From Bacteroidia bacterium (lineage in GTDB: Bacteria > Bacteroidota > Bacteroidia > Bacteroidales > UBA7960): a stretch of DNA of 64,000 nt. The translations under genes were made by a program, and so were the position numbers. The notes under the pieces were generated by a model, which had not been told where the DNA came from, did no database searches, and saw only the letters and a program-made list of their open reading frames with translations. Below, one piece after another: positions 28,488-38,368 of this stretch (its first letter is position 1; each line of letters begins with the position of its first letter). Location of the stretch: positions 126 to 64,125 of the forward strand of contig REEA01000095.1 in NCBI GenBank assembly GCA_007695305.1, in the 5' to 3' direction.

Positions 28488-30686
28488 ATGGAGGTCAACA
28501 GCAGTGTATCTCTGCGTGAGCTGCTAAAGCAGATTTTTGGTTACGGTGCTTTCAAGGGCGACCAGGAAGCCATCGTAAAAAGTTTGCTGGATGGAAATGA
28601 TACTTTTGTCATTATGCCAACCGGTGGTGGTAAGTCTATGTGTTATCAGCTTCCCGCATTGATAGGTGAGGGCACGGCCATCATTGTTTCGCCACTGATT
28701 GCCTTGATGAAAAACCAGGTGGATGCCATCCGGAACTTTGCCTCCTACGATGGCATTGCACACGTTCTCAATTCATCATTATCCAGGGCTGAGGTAACCC
28801 AGGTAAAAAGCGACCTGACCAGCGGGCTGACAAAGCTGCTATATGTTGCCCCCGAATCGCTGACCAAGGAAGAGAACGTCGGGTTTCTCAAGTCAATTCC
28901 CATCTCCTTCTTTGCTGTTGACGAAGCACATTGTATATCGGAATGGGGTCATGATTTTCGTCCTGAGTATCGGCGGCTACGGCCTATCATTGATGCTTTG
29001 GACAAAAGAGTGCCCGTGATTGCACTCACCGCCACTGCCACACCAAAAGTACAGCAGGATATCCAAAAAAACCTGCAAATGATGGAATCCCAGCGGTTTA
29101 TATCATCCTTCAACAGACCCAATCTGTATTATGAAATACGTCCGAAAACAAAAAATATAACACGGGATATCATCAGGTATGTGAAGGCCCAGGAAGGGAA
29201 ATCCGGTATCATTTATTGTTTGAGCCGGAAAAAAGTGGAAGAGCTGGCAGCCACCTTACAGGTAAATGGCATCAGAGCCTTGCCCTATCATGCCGGCCTC
29301 GATACAGCCATACGAGTTTCAAACCAGGATCAGTTTCTGATGGAAGATGCCGATGTGATCGTTGCCACCATTGCTTTTGGTATGGGTATCGACAAGCCGG
29401 ATGTCCGTTATGTCATTCACCATGATTTTCCAAAAAGCCTTGAAGCTTACTACCAGGAAACAGGCAGGTCGGGCCGCGACGAAGGGGAAGGCAATTGCAT
29501 TGCCTTCTATACCTATGAAGATATCCATAAAATGGAAAAGTTTCTCAAAGGCAAACCTGTTGCCGAGCAGGAAATCGGGATGCAACTGCTCATGGAAACA
29601 GTCGCTTATGCCGAATCTTCCATCTGCAGAAGGAAAACCCTGTTGAACTATTTTGGCGAGATTTATGAGAAGGAAACTTGTGGCTCCTGCGATAATTGTT
29701 TAAATCCCAAAGAAAAATTTGAAGGAAAAGAATATATTTGCCTGTTCTTGGAAACCGTTCTGGCGGTAAAAGAACTGTTTAAACCAAAACACGTAATCAA
29801 TGTTATTATGGGCAAAAACACCGCTACCGTAAAATCCTGCAAGCACAACAAACTGGAAGTGTTCGGGAAAGGTGCCGACCAGGATGAAAAATTTTGGTTC
29901 GCCGTATTGCGAAAAAGCCTTATTGAACGTTTGCTGGAAAAAGATATAGAAGATTATGGCACCCTCAAGGTAACCGATGCAGGGAAAGTTTTTCTTGAAA
30001 ACCCCGAATCTGTCATGATGAGCAAAGATCATGACTATGACAATCCGGATGAGGCAGATAATCTGACAGGTATGGCGCAAAAAACCAGTGCAACCGACAA
30101 GGTTCTTTTTTCTCTGTTAAAGGATCTGCGAAAGCAGATCGCCCGAAAGCATAATCTGCCTCCCTTTGTCATTTTCCAGGATCCCTCACTGGAAGATATG
30201 GCCATTCAGTATCCCATCAAGCTGGATGAGCTGAAACAGATCACGGGAGTCGGTTCGGGCAAAGCGGAGCGATTCGGCCGCCCTTTTGTTGAACTGATCG
30301 CAAGGTATGTGAATGAAAATGAGATCGAGCGCCCCATGGATATGGTGGTAAAATCAGTCGTCAATAAATCGGGGTTAAAAGTGTACCTCATTAAAAATAT
30401 TGACCGTAAAGTATCCCTCGAAGACCTGGCAGACGCAAAAGGTCTTGATTTTGACGAATTGCTTGCCGAACTGGAAAGCATAGTGGCCTCGGGCACCAAA
30501 ATTGACATCCGGTATTATATCAATGAAGTAATTGACATTGACAAACAGGAGGAGATATTTGATTATTTTAAAACGGCCGAAACTGATTCATATACGGTAG
30601 CACTTGCTGAACTCGGTGAAGACGATTTTACCGACGAAGAAGTACGCCTGATGCGAATCCGCTTCCTCTCGGAAATGGGCAATTGA
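28488..30686 (+). CDS. recQ: ATP-dependent DNA helicase RecQ
   Basis: MPTGGGKS, DEAHCISEWGHDFRPEY, the zinc-binding CRRKTLLNYFGE...CGSCDNC, and C-terminal RQC and HRDC regions. Length 732 aa. Confidence 0.93.
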   Translation: MEVNSSVSLRELLKQIFGYGAFKGDQEAIVKSLLDGNDTFVIMPTGGGKSMCYQLPALIGEGTAIIVSPLIALMKNQVDAIRNFASYDGIAHVLNSSLSRAEVTQVKSDLTSGLTKLLYVAPESLTKEENVGFLKSIPISFFAVDEAHCISEWGHDFRPEYRRLRPIIDALDKRVPVIALTATATPKVQQDIQKNLQMMESQRFISSFNRPNLYYEIRPKTKNITRDIIRYVKAQEGKSGIIYCLSRKKVEELAATLQVNGIRALPYHAGLDTAIRVSNQDQFLMEDADVIVATIAFGMGIDKPDVRYVIHHDFPKSLEAYYQETGRSGRDEGEGNCIAFYTYEDIHKMEKFLKGKPVAEQEIGMQLLMETVAYAESSICRRKTLLNYFGEIYEKETCGSCDNCLNPKEKFEGKEYICLFLETVLAVKELFKPKHVINVIMGKNTATVKSCKHNKLEVFGKGADQDEKFWFAVLRKSLIERLLEKDIEDYGTLKVTDAGKVFLENPESVMMSKDHDYDNPDEADNLTGMAQKTSATDKVLFSLLKDLRKQIARKHNLPPFVIFQDPSLEDMAIQYPIKLDELKQITGVGSGKAERFGRPFVELIARYVNENEIERPMDMVVKSVVNKSGLKVYLIKNIDRKVSLEDLADAKGLDFDELLAELESIVASGTKIDIRYYINEVIDIDKQEEIFDYFKTAETDSYTVALAELGEDDFTDEEVRLMRIRFLSEMGN

Positions 30687-30739
30687 TGTCATTACCCTTT
30701 CATAAGGCTTTAATGGTCAACACAGCACACAATCAGATG

Positions 30740-31231
30740 TTACTGGTTTCGGTACTGTAACACTTCATCTGTGAAGTATTCAAGCTCTACACCTGCATCG
30801 GCAAACATTATTTCTGATTCTTCACCGGCGTGATATTTTTTCTCACAAACCACCCGCTTTATGCCGCAGTTGATGATCAACATGGCACATACCCTGCAGG
30901 GTGTCATTCGGCAATACAGGGTTGACCCGGCAATGCTGATGCCGAGCCTGGCTGCCTGGCAGATGGCATTCTGTTCTGCATGTACGGTGCGTACACAGTG
31001 CATGGTCGTATGGCCCTGTTCATGCATTACTTTTTTCATCTGGTGACCAATATCGTCGCAGTGCGGCAAACCCACAGGCGACCCCACATATCCCGTGACC
31101 AGTATCTGACGGTCGCGGGCAATCACACAACCGCTGCGACCACGGTCACAGGTGGCCCTTTTACTTACTGTGTGCGCAATCTCCATGAAATATTCATCCC
31201 ACGAAGGCCTTTTATAAGCAGATGTTTTCAT
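30740..31231 (-). CDS. deoxycytidylate (dCMP) deaminase
   Basis: Zinc motifs HAEQNAI and PCRVCAMLI. Length 163 aa. Confidence 0.85.
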   Translation of the reverse strand: MKTSAYKRPSWDEYFMEIAHTVSKRATCDRGRSGCVIARDRQILVTGYVGSPVGLPHCDDIGHQMKKVMHEQGHTTMHCVRTVHAEQNAICQAARLGISIAGSTLYCRMTPCRVCAMLIINCGIKRVVCEKKYHAGEESEIMFADAGVELEYFTDEVLQYRNQ

Positions 31232-31803
31232 TGACTTTGGAAACCGATTTGGGTTAAAAATGCTTCTGTTTGTTCATTTAACTGCAAAATGCTACCGTTG
31301 TTCATGATTACAAAGTCGGCCTGCTTGATACAAGCCGCCAAATGCTGGTGAAATGGATTGGTGGAATGCATTTCACGTTCTTCATTTTCCAGAAATACCC
31401 TGAAGGATATCTGATCTGTTTCTGAATTTCTCTTTCTGATGCGCTGGTATCTGACCCTCGGATCGGCATCTACCGCGAGCAGGAAAAACTGATCATTCTT
31501 TCGCAACGATTCTATTTCACCCGGGGTTCTTATACTTTCAATCACGCTGTGACTGTCACATTCACGGGCTTTAAGAAATAGCTGCTCTATGATGTATGAT
31601 GTCCCGTGTTTCACCCGTAAGGTATTGGCAATGGCCGTGAGTGTATCCCTGTTTACGGGCATCTCCCTTTTTTCCAACTCTTCCCGCAAAAAATCCCTCA
31701 CCGAAAAATGGCAGAACCCTTTCTCCCGAACCAGGTATTCAACCACTGTCCCTTTTCCGGCTCCCAAGGTGCCTGTTATCCCGATAATAAACTTTTGCAT
31801 CAT
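31228..31803 (-). CDS. P-loop nucleotide kinase (CoaE/dNMP-kinase-like)
   Basis: Walker A GITGTLGAGKGT near the N-terminus. Length 191 aa. Its stop overlaps the dCMP deaminase start (ATGA). Confidence 0.5.
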   Translation of the reverse strand: MMQKFIIGITGTLGAGKGTVVEYLVREKGFCHFSVRDFLREELEKREMPVNRDTLTAIANTLRVKHGTSYIIEQLFLKARECDSHSVIESIRTPGEIESLRKNDQFFLLAVDADPRVRYQRIRKRNSETDQISFRVFLENEEREMHSTNPFHQHLAACIKQADFVIMNNGSILQLNEQTEAFLTQIGFQSQ

Positions 31804-32050
31804 ATCTCCGGTTTTTCTTATACGTTCTTTTTATTGCCCTGATCCATTGGATAAACTCTTGTGTTTGTTTTGATAATTACTTTCTGTGAATGCTAAAAGT
31901 TAAAGATAATAAAATGTCGGCAGCTCAAGAACGCTCAATCATCTAAATACTGAAAACACCTGCCAGTCCCTTATTTCTGACGTTGTTAAAACATTTCCTG
32001 CATATGCTTTACAATACCGGAATTTGACCGATTTAGTGTGCAGCCGATTC

Positions 32051-32083
32051 AAAAAAAAAGCTCCGTTGATGTTTTAACGGAGC
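32051..32083 (-). terminator. intrinsic terminator of the cold-shock gene
   Basis: On the minus strand, GCTCCGTT - 8-nt loop - AACGGAGC is followed by a run of nine T. It sits about 30 nt downstream of the csp stop. Confidence 0.8.
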
Positions 32084-32114
32084 CTTTAAGCGCTCATGCA
32101 TCATTAAAGGGTAA

Positions 32115-32306
32115 TCAAGCTTTTTTTACGTTTACAGCCTTTTTTCCTCTTTCATCCTCCGAGATTTCAAAAGTAACTTTGTCTTCGTTGGAGATTGGAT
32201 CTAAAAGGCCCGTGTGGTGAACAAAAACATCCTTTTCTGTTTTGTCGTCAACAATAAATCCATAACCCTTTTTTTCATTAAAAAATTTAACGGTACCGGT
32301 TTCCAT
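32115..32306 (-). CDS. cold-shock protein (CspA family)
   Basis: 63 aa with RNP1 KGYGFI and RNP2 VFVHH. Confidence 0.93.
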   Translation of the reverse strand: METGTVKFFNEKKGYGFIVDDKTEKDVFVHHTGLLDPISNEDKVTFEISEDERGKKAVNVKKA

Positions 32307-32343
32307 AACAAGCAGGTTTAGTGGTAAAAAAATGGTGAACTAT

Positions 32344-32351
32344 CAAAAATA
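32344..32351 (-). promoter_or_regulatory. candidate -7 box (TAnnTTTG on minus strand) for csp
   Basis: The plus strand reads CAAAAATA, which is minus-strand TATTTTTG, 38 nt upstream of the csp ATG. Confidence 0.35.
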
Positions 32352-32442
32352 CGACATTTTTCCACATTTACAACGCTTTTTTAAAAAAAATAAAAGTAAT
32401 GGATTACTTTCCTGATTTAACGGCATAAAATGGCTGGTTTAG

Positions 32443-32518
32443 AAAAAACCGGCAGACATTCACCCGTGAACTTCAGTTGCAAGCAGAGAGGTTTAGGTCA
32501 GGTGAAAAAATCTGCCGG
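32443..32518 (-). terminator. candidate long-hairpin terminator after the pckA-fusion ORF
   Basis: On the minus strand, CCGGCAGA...CACC pairs with GGTG...TCTGCCGG (8+4 bp arms, roughly 36-nt apical region) and is followed by TTTTTT. It begins 22 nt after the stop. Confidence 0.45.
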
Positions 32519-32540
32519 TATTGCAAAGATAATATGATTA

Positions 32541-34823
32541 TCAGAAATAGTTGATTTCCTGCATAAGCTGAGCGGGGTCTTTGAGCAATGATGGATTTTT
32601 ATCAATGTGGATCATGGAGGAAATGGGCAGATTCAATGCACGAATGAGCGATTGACCTGCCGGGTCTGTGGTTTTAACCACCAGCAAAGAGCCTGCCTTG
32701 ATAAGGAAGGCCGGAATATCGACGGTGATTCTCAGCAACTCCCGGCTTATTTCTTCCACCTCATTGTTATTACATGCTTTTCCATTAAAGCAGCTGCCGA
32801 TATCACCGATCAGTTCATTCAGCCGGTCCATGGAAATATCATCCTTGGATTTTGTCATGTACTCGTTGACACCACTGCTGCTGGCATCATGGGAGCAGAA
32901 CTGGAAACCCGCTGTGTCCATCAGTTTGATTACGGCATCATGACATTCGTTGATCCTGCCTGGCTCCTCTGTGCTGAAATAGGATACAACAGGTACATGC
33001 CTTTTGAGGGGTCTGTTTTTATAATCGGTATTGATGGAGTTGAATGAAATGTATTCATTAAAAGAATTTTGCAAAATATAGATCTGGTCTTTGAGCCGGC
33101 TGATTTCTGCGGCATGCCTTTGTTCAAGCCTGTTGATTTTTCGTTCATAATATTGGTAGTATTGTTTCATGAACTTGTTCTGAGGGCCTGCGGCGACCAG
33201 ACGTTGACCTTCCTCAGTGTCAGTGAACTTGTTAAAGTTTTCGATGAACTTTCCTGCCAGTTCTTCAGCCTGCTTCATATAGGCTGTATCATATTTCCAG
33301 GTGTTTTTTGGATTCAGGATGGTGGGGTCTACTCCCCTTACTTCCCTGGGAATCATCAGTCCGAAAGGTGCAAGTTCTTCTACTTCTGTATTGTCGAGGG
33401 AGCCGTCAAGGATGGCATGGATTATTTTGCGAGTGCTGTCGATATCTATACGTTGACCAATGCCATAGGGGCCGCCAATCCATCCCGTGTTTACAAGATA
33501 GGCTGTTGCACCATGTGCCTTCATTTTTCTTGCCAGTTCCTGGGCGTAGATCGTTGGATGCAACATCAGGAATGCTGCACCGAAAGCAGAGGAGAAGGTG
33601 GGAAGGGGCTCTTTGACCCCTCTTTCGGTACCGGCCAGTTTGGCCGTATAGCCACTCAAAAAATAATACATTGCCTGGTCACGGTTTAAACGGGCAACCG
33701 GCGGCAGAATGCCAAATGCATCCGCAGTCAGAAAGATCACTTTTTTAGGGTGTCCCCCTTTGGAAACGGGCCTTACAATGTTTTGGATGTGGTAAAGGGG
33801 ATAGGAAACGCGCGTGTTTTCTGTCTTTCTGGTGTCGGCAAAGTCAATCTCGCCTGTGTTGGTATCATAAACCACATTTTCCAGCAATGCATCCCTTTTA
33901 ATAGCATGGTAAATATCCGGCTCTTTTTCTTTGCTCAGATTGATACATTTGGCATAACAACCCCCTTCAAAATTAAAAATGCCGTCATCGTCCCATCCAT
34001 GCTCATCATCGCCAATCAAGTAACGGTCAGGATCGGCTGACAATGTCGTTTTTCCGGTTCCCGAAAGCCCGAAAAAGATGGCTGTATCTCCATTTTTACC
34101 CATATTGGCAGAACAATGCATCGCTGCGATCCCTTTCGTTGGCAGGTAATAGTTCATGATGGAAAAGAAACCCTTTTTGATCTCGCCTCCATACCATGTG
34201 CCGCCAACAACGGCCCTACGTTCTTTCAGGTTAAAAGCCACATATACATCTGAGTTCAGGTCATGCTCCACCCAATGTTCGTTCACTGTTTTACAGGCAT
34301 TAAGCATCACAAAGTCCGGTTCGAAATTCACAAGCTCCTCTTCCGACGGGCGAATAAACATATTTTTCACAAAATGAGCCATCCATGCAACTTCCGTGAT
34401 TACCCGGATTTTTATCCGGGTGTTTTCGTTGGCACCGCAAAAGGCATCCATCACATACAACTTCTTGCCATGAAACTGGTTGAGTGTCGTTTCTTTGAGA
34501 GATGCCCATACTTCTTCTGAAATGGGTTTGTTGTCAGAACGGTTTTTTCCATCGGCCCACCAAATATTATGTTTGGATGTTTCCTCCCTGACAATATATT
34601 TGTCTTTCGGGGACCTTCCGGTAAAAATGCCGGTGTCGACGGCAACAGCACCGGTATTGGTAACAAAACCCTTTTCATACCCTTCCAGGGCAGGATCTGT
34701 TTCGTGTTGGAACAATTCATCGAATGACAAATTGTAATAGACTTTCTGTACGTCTTTGATCCCATATTGTGCAAGATCGGGAGGCGTCAGGCTTGTTTTT
34801 TGCTGGGATACTGGCTCTTGCAT
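32541..34823 (-). CDS. pckA: phosphoenolpyruvate carboxykinase (ATP) with an in-frame 212-aa C-terminal extension of unknown function
   Basis: Residues 1-548 are a full-length PckA ([19 protein letters not shown], and an ending ...LVAAGPQ where the E. coli enzyme, as recalled, ends AAGPKL). The ORF continues [14 protein letters not shown]... to 760 aa with no stop. Confidence 0.85.
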   Translation of the reverse strand: MQEPVSQQKTSLTPPDLAQYGIKDVQKVYYNLSFDELFQHETDPALEGYEKGFVTNTGAVAVDTGIFTGRSPKDKYIVREETSKHNIWWADGKNRSDNKPISEEVWASLKETTLNQFHGKKLYVMDAFCGANENTRIKIRVITEVAWMAHFVKNMFIRPSEEELVNFEPDFVMLNACKTVNEHWVEHDLNSDVYVAFNLKERRAVVGGTWYGGEIKKGFFSIMNYYLPTKGIAAMHCSANMGKNGDTAIFFGLSGTGKTTLSADPDRYLIGDDEHGWDDDGIFNFEGGCYAKCINLSKEKEPDIYHAIKRDALLENVVYDTNTGEIDFADTRKTENTRVSYPLYHIQNIVRPVSKGGHPKKVIFLTADAFGILPPVARLNRDQAMYYFLSGYTAKLAGTERGVKEPLPTFSSAFGAAFLMLHPTIYAQELARKMKAHGATAYLVNTGWIGGPYGIGQRIDIDSTRKIIHAILDGSLDNTEVEELAPFGLMIPREVRGVDPTILNPKNTWKYDTAYMKQAEELAGKFIENFNKFTDTEEGQRLVAAGPQNKFMKQYYQYYERKINRLEQRHAAEISRLKDQIYILQNSFNEYISFNSINTDYKNRPLKRHVPVVSYFSTEEPGRINECHDAVIKLMDTAGFQFCSHDASSSGVNEYMTKSKDDISMDRLNELIGDIGSCFNGKACNNNEVEEISRELLRITVDIPAFLIKAGSLLVVKTTDPAGQSLIRALNLPISSMIHIDKNPSLLKDPAQLMQEINYF

Positions 34824-34848
34824 GTTATTGTACTTTGCGTGAAACTGT

Positions 34849-34876
34849 AAAAAAAATCACCCCGCGGGAGGGTGAT
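34849..34876 (-). terminator. intrinsic terminator of the efflux operon
   Basis: On the minus strand, a TCACCC/GGGTGA hairpin (34857-34875) is followed by eight T (34849-34856). It sits 40 nt after the RND stop. Confidence 0.7.
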
Positions 34877-34915
34877 CCAAAATTAAGAAAAAACCTTCAG
34901 GATGTTCAAAAAGCC

Positions 34916-37900
34916 TTAGAAATTTTTCATCCGCCAATTGTGCACCTTTCGGCGGGTTGCCAGGATGATTTGGTACATGGAGGGTACAATCACCAATGTG
35001 AGGAATGTTGCCACCGAGAGTCCAAAGATGACAGTCCACGACATGGGACCCCAGAACATGGCATTATCACCTCCGAAATAAACCTGGGGGTTGAAGTTGG
35101 TTAACAATGTTACAAAGTTGATATTTAATCCAATGGCCAGGGGGAAAAGGCCAAGCACAGTGGTAATGGCTGTAAGTACAACCGGTCTGAAACGGGTTCT
35201 TCCGGCCTGCTCTATCAACTCCAGACTGGTATCCGGGGGGAGAAACTCTTCCTCCGGTGTATCAAGGGCGGTCCTTCTCCTGTGGTGCAGGTAATCGGTA
35301 TAGTCAATCAGTACAATGGCATTGTTTACAACAACTCCCGCCAGGCTGACTATGCCAACACCCATCATGATGATGATAAAGTCCATGTTGAACAGGGCTA
35401 ACCCGAAAAATACCCCTGCCGTACTAAAGATCACACTGCCAATGATGATAAAGGGTTTAAACACAGAATTGAACTGGGTGACAAGAATGAGTGCGATCAG
35501 TGAGACAGCGATCAGCAATGCACGGATCAGGAACTCCATGGATTCCTGCTGTTCCTGCTGTTCACCGGTAAATGCGTAGTTATAGCCTTCGGGCATATCC
35601 AGGTTTTCCATCACCTGCATAATTTGCTGGTTGATCCTGTTGGCGTTGAATCCGGGTAAAACATTGGAGCTTAAGGTAACAACCCTGTTTCTGTCGATGC
35701 GGTTGATGGCGCCATAGGTCTTGCTGTATTCCACTTTTGCCACGGCCGAAATGGGGACCTGCATAATCCGTCCGCTGCTTTGGCTTCTGAATGTGATACG
35801 CTGATTCATCAATGCGGAAAGATTGTGACGGGACTCTTCCTGAAGCCTCAACTGAATGGGGTATTCTTCTTCGCCCACTTTAAAGGTGGACACTTCCAGT
35901 CCGAACAAGGCTGTGCGGATTGTATTGGCAATGGCATATGTAGAAACCCCAAAACGTCGTGCTGCGTCTCTGTCTATATGGATCAGGATTTCGGGGTTAT
36001 CGGCGGCCAGGTCTGTGTTTAGTCCCTCAATTCCTTCAATCCCGGCTTGTGCAATACGGTTTTTTATGGTATCGGCCAGCATCATGAGCCTTTCCAGATC
36101 CTGCCCGCTCACTTCAAGATTGATGGGCCGCCCCGATGGTGGCCCTGCCATATTTTTTTCGATCATGAACTCGATACCCGGATATTGTCCCACCAGCGCA
36201 TCGCTGAGCTTGGACATAATATCGTTGGTGTTGATACCGCCCCTGTCTTCAAATTCAACGAAGGTAACGGTGATCAGTCCGCGATGGGGAGTCTCACCCG
36301 CGTTCATTTCCATTTCACCCACAGCACCCCGGCCAACAGTTGTCAAAACAGACTTTACTATATCACGGTAAGGAAGGATCACTTCTTCAACCTTTCGTTC
36401 CACCTCCCGGATGCGCGCATCTGTTTCATGGATATCCGTACCCACCGGCAGCTCCGCCATTATGTTTATAAACCGCGGCTCATTGTCAGGAAAAAAAAGT
36501 ACGTTTGGGCTGCGAAAACCAAAGAAAATAATGGCCACGATTAAAAACAGAACGGTACCGCCAACAAAGGTATAAGGGTTTTTACCCCTGAGGGCAAAAC
36601 GAAGGGTGTTGGCGTAGAGTTGTTCCAGAAAGGGCAGCAATGTGTTCTGAAACCATACGGCCAGCCTGCTCAGCACGAAATAGCCCAGCGCGGATAATAG
36701 GGCAACCAGGATCAGCAGGTTGCCGCCAAGGGTGAACCCTGCTAAATGAAACAACCCGCCGGCAATCAACAAAACACCGATAACCAGCAATTTGCGCTTT
36801 AACTTCTCCCTGCTTGTCAGGTCTGACCGGTCTGTCTTTTGTCCCTTTTTCCGGAAAAATGTGTAGGAAAATACAGGGATGATGATCAGTGCTACAAACA
36901 ATGACGAGGACAGGACAATGATCAAAGTGAGTGGAAGATATTTCATGAACTCTCCGGTAATACCCGTCCAAAACGCCAGTGGGAGAAATGCCGATAATGT
37001 GGTTGCTGTAGATGTGATAATGGGCAGGGCGATTTCTCCAATTGCCCTTTTGGCGGCATCCATGATGGAGTAATCCTTTTCCACAAAGCGGAAAATGTTA
37101 TCCACCGCCACAATGGCATTGTCCACCAATAATCCCAGTGCCAGGATCAACGAGAAAAGGACGATCATATTGATCTGAATTGCCGCGATACCGAAAACCA
37201 TGAATGAGATCAGCATGGACAAGGGAATGGCAATCCCGACAAACAGGGCATTCTTCAGGCCGAGAAAAAGAAAAAGCACCAAAACCACCAGAATAACAGC
37301 CATAATCACACTGTTCTCCAGGTTGGTAAGCTGGTTTCGGATGTCTTCTGACTGGTCGTTGGTAATGGTAATGGTGAGCTCCGGTGGGAGATTGCCGTTT
37401 TGCCTGTGAATGTCCAACACCCGGAATATATTTTCGGTGGCAGAAAGCAGGTTGGCACCGGCTTTTTTGATCACCTGCAGTGACACCACCGGCTGGTCGT
37501 CAAGTCGGGCAAAGCTGGTTGGGTCGGCATAGGTGTCGGCCACTTCGGCCACATCCCGCAAATATACGATCTGCTGATCTTCATATTTGATGATGATGTC
37601 TTCAATTTGCCTGATATCGGTGAATTCACCAATTGTGCGAACAGCCCATCGCGTATTGTCTGCAAAACGAAGCGAACCACCGGCAATGGAAACATTTTCG
37701 GCACTGATGGCGTTGGCAATGTCATCAAAACTAAGCTCATACAATTCCAGCTTCAGGGGGTCTGCATTGATCTGTATCTCACGTTCTTCGATGCCCGTTA
37801 CCTCCACTTTAGAGATTTCCGGAATATCTTCAATTTCCTCTTCCAGGAAATCTGCAAACCGTTTTAGCTCGTTGAGGGAAAAATCGCCCGACAGGTTAAT

Positions 37901-38362
37901 ATTAATAATGGGGAACTCCGAAAAGTCAATATCCATTACCATGGGGTCGGAGGGAAGGTCACCGGGTAAATCTCCTTTGGCCCTGTCAACGGCATCTTTT
38001 ACATCTTGCAAGGCATCCTTGATGTTGATGCCGGTCTCGAACTCAACAAAAATATCAGAGTTGTCCTGAGAAGAGGTAGACCGAAGTTCGCGTATTCCTG
38101 TAATGGTGTTGATTTCGTTTTCCAGTGGCCTGGTAACCAGGTTTTCCATGTCGGCCGGCGGGTTACCCGGGTAAACCGTTTTAACGAGAACGGTGGGTAT
38201 CTCCACTTCGGGGAATAACTCCTTAGGAAGCGTCCTGTAGGACAAAATTCCGAAAACCGCCACAATAAAGGTGAGCAGGAAAATAGTATTCTTGTTTTTC
38301 AGCGCGACGGTGGTTGGTTTAAATTCGCGTGCCACCTTTTTGTCTAAGCTCTGTTCATCCAT
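34916..38362 (-). CDS. efflux RND transporter permease (AcrB/HAE family)
   Basis: 1148 aa with two large periplasmic loops and conserved VDNAIV blocks in both halves. It is the last gene of a tolC-MFP-RND operon. Confidence 0.9.
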   Translation of the reverse strand: MDEQSLDKKVAREFKPTTVALKNKNTIFLLTFIVAVFGILSYRTLPKELFPEVEIPTVLVKTVYPGNPPADMENLVTRPLENEINTITGIRELRSTSSQDNSDIFVEFETGINIKDALQDVKDAVDRAKGDLPGDLPSDPMVMDIDFSEFPIININLSGDFSLNELKRFADFLEEEIEDIPEISKVEVTGIEEREIQINADPLKLELYELSFDDIANAISAENVSIAGGSLRFADNTRWAVRTIGEFTDIRQIEDIIIKYEDQQIVYLRDVAEVADTYADPTSFARLDDQPVVSLQVIKKAGANLLSATENIFRVLDIHRQNGNLPPELTITITNDQSEDIRNQLTNLENSVIMAVILVVLVLFLFLGLKNALFVGIAIPLSMLISFMVFGIAAIQINMIVLFSLILALGLLVDNAIVAVDNIFRFVEKDYSIMDAAKRAIGEIALPIITSTATTLSAFLPLAFWTGITGEFMKYLPLTLIIVLSSSLFVALIIIPVFSYTFFRKKGQKTDRSDLTSREKLKRKLLVIGVLLIAGGLFHLAGFTLGGNLLILVALLSALGYFVLSRLAVWFQNTLLPFLEQLYANTLRFALRGKNPYTFVGGTVLFLIVAIIFFGFRSPNVLFFPDNEPRFINIMAELPVGTDIHETDARIREVERKVEEVILPYRDIVKSVLTTVGRGAVGEMEMNAGETPHRGLITVTFVEFEDRGGINTNDIMSKLSDALVGQYPGIEFMIEKNMAGPPSGRPINLEVSGQDLERLMMLADTIKNRIAQAGIEGIEGLNTDLAADNPEILIHIDRDAARRFGVSTYAIANTIRTALFGLEVSTFKVGEEEYPIQLRLQEESRHNLSALMNQRITFRSQSSGRIMQVPISAVAKVEYSKTYGAINRIDRNRVVTLSSNVLPGFNANRINQQIMQVMENLDMPEGYNYAFTGEQQEQQESMEFLIRALLIAVSLIALILVTQFNSVFKPFIIIGSVIFSTAGVFFGLALFNMDFIIIMMGVGIVSLAGVVVNNAIVLIDYTDYLHHRRRTALDTPEEEFLPPDTSLELIEQAGRTRFRPVVLTAITTVLGLFPLAIGLNINFVTLLTNFNPQVYFGGDNAMFWGPMSWTVIFGLSVATFLTLVIVPSMYQIILATRRKVHNWRMKNF

Positions 38363-38368
38363 GGTATT

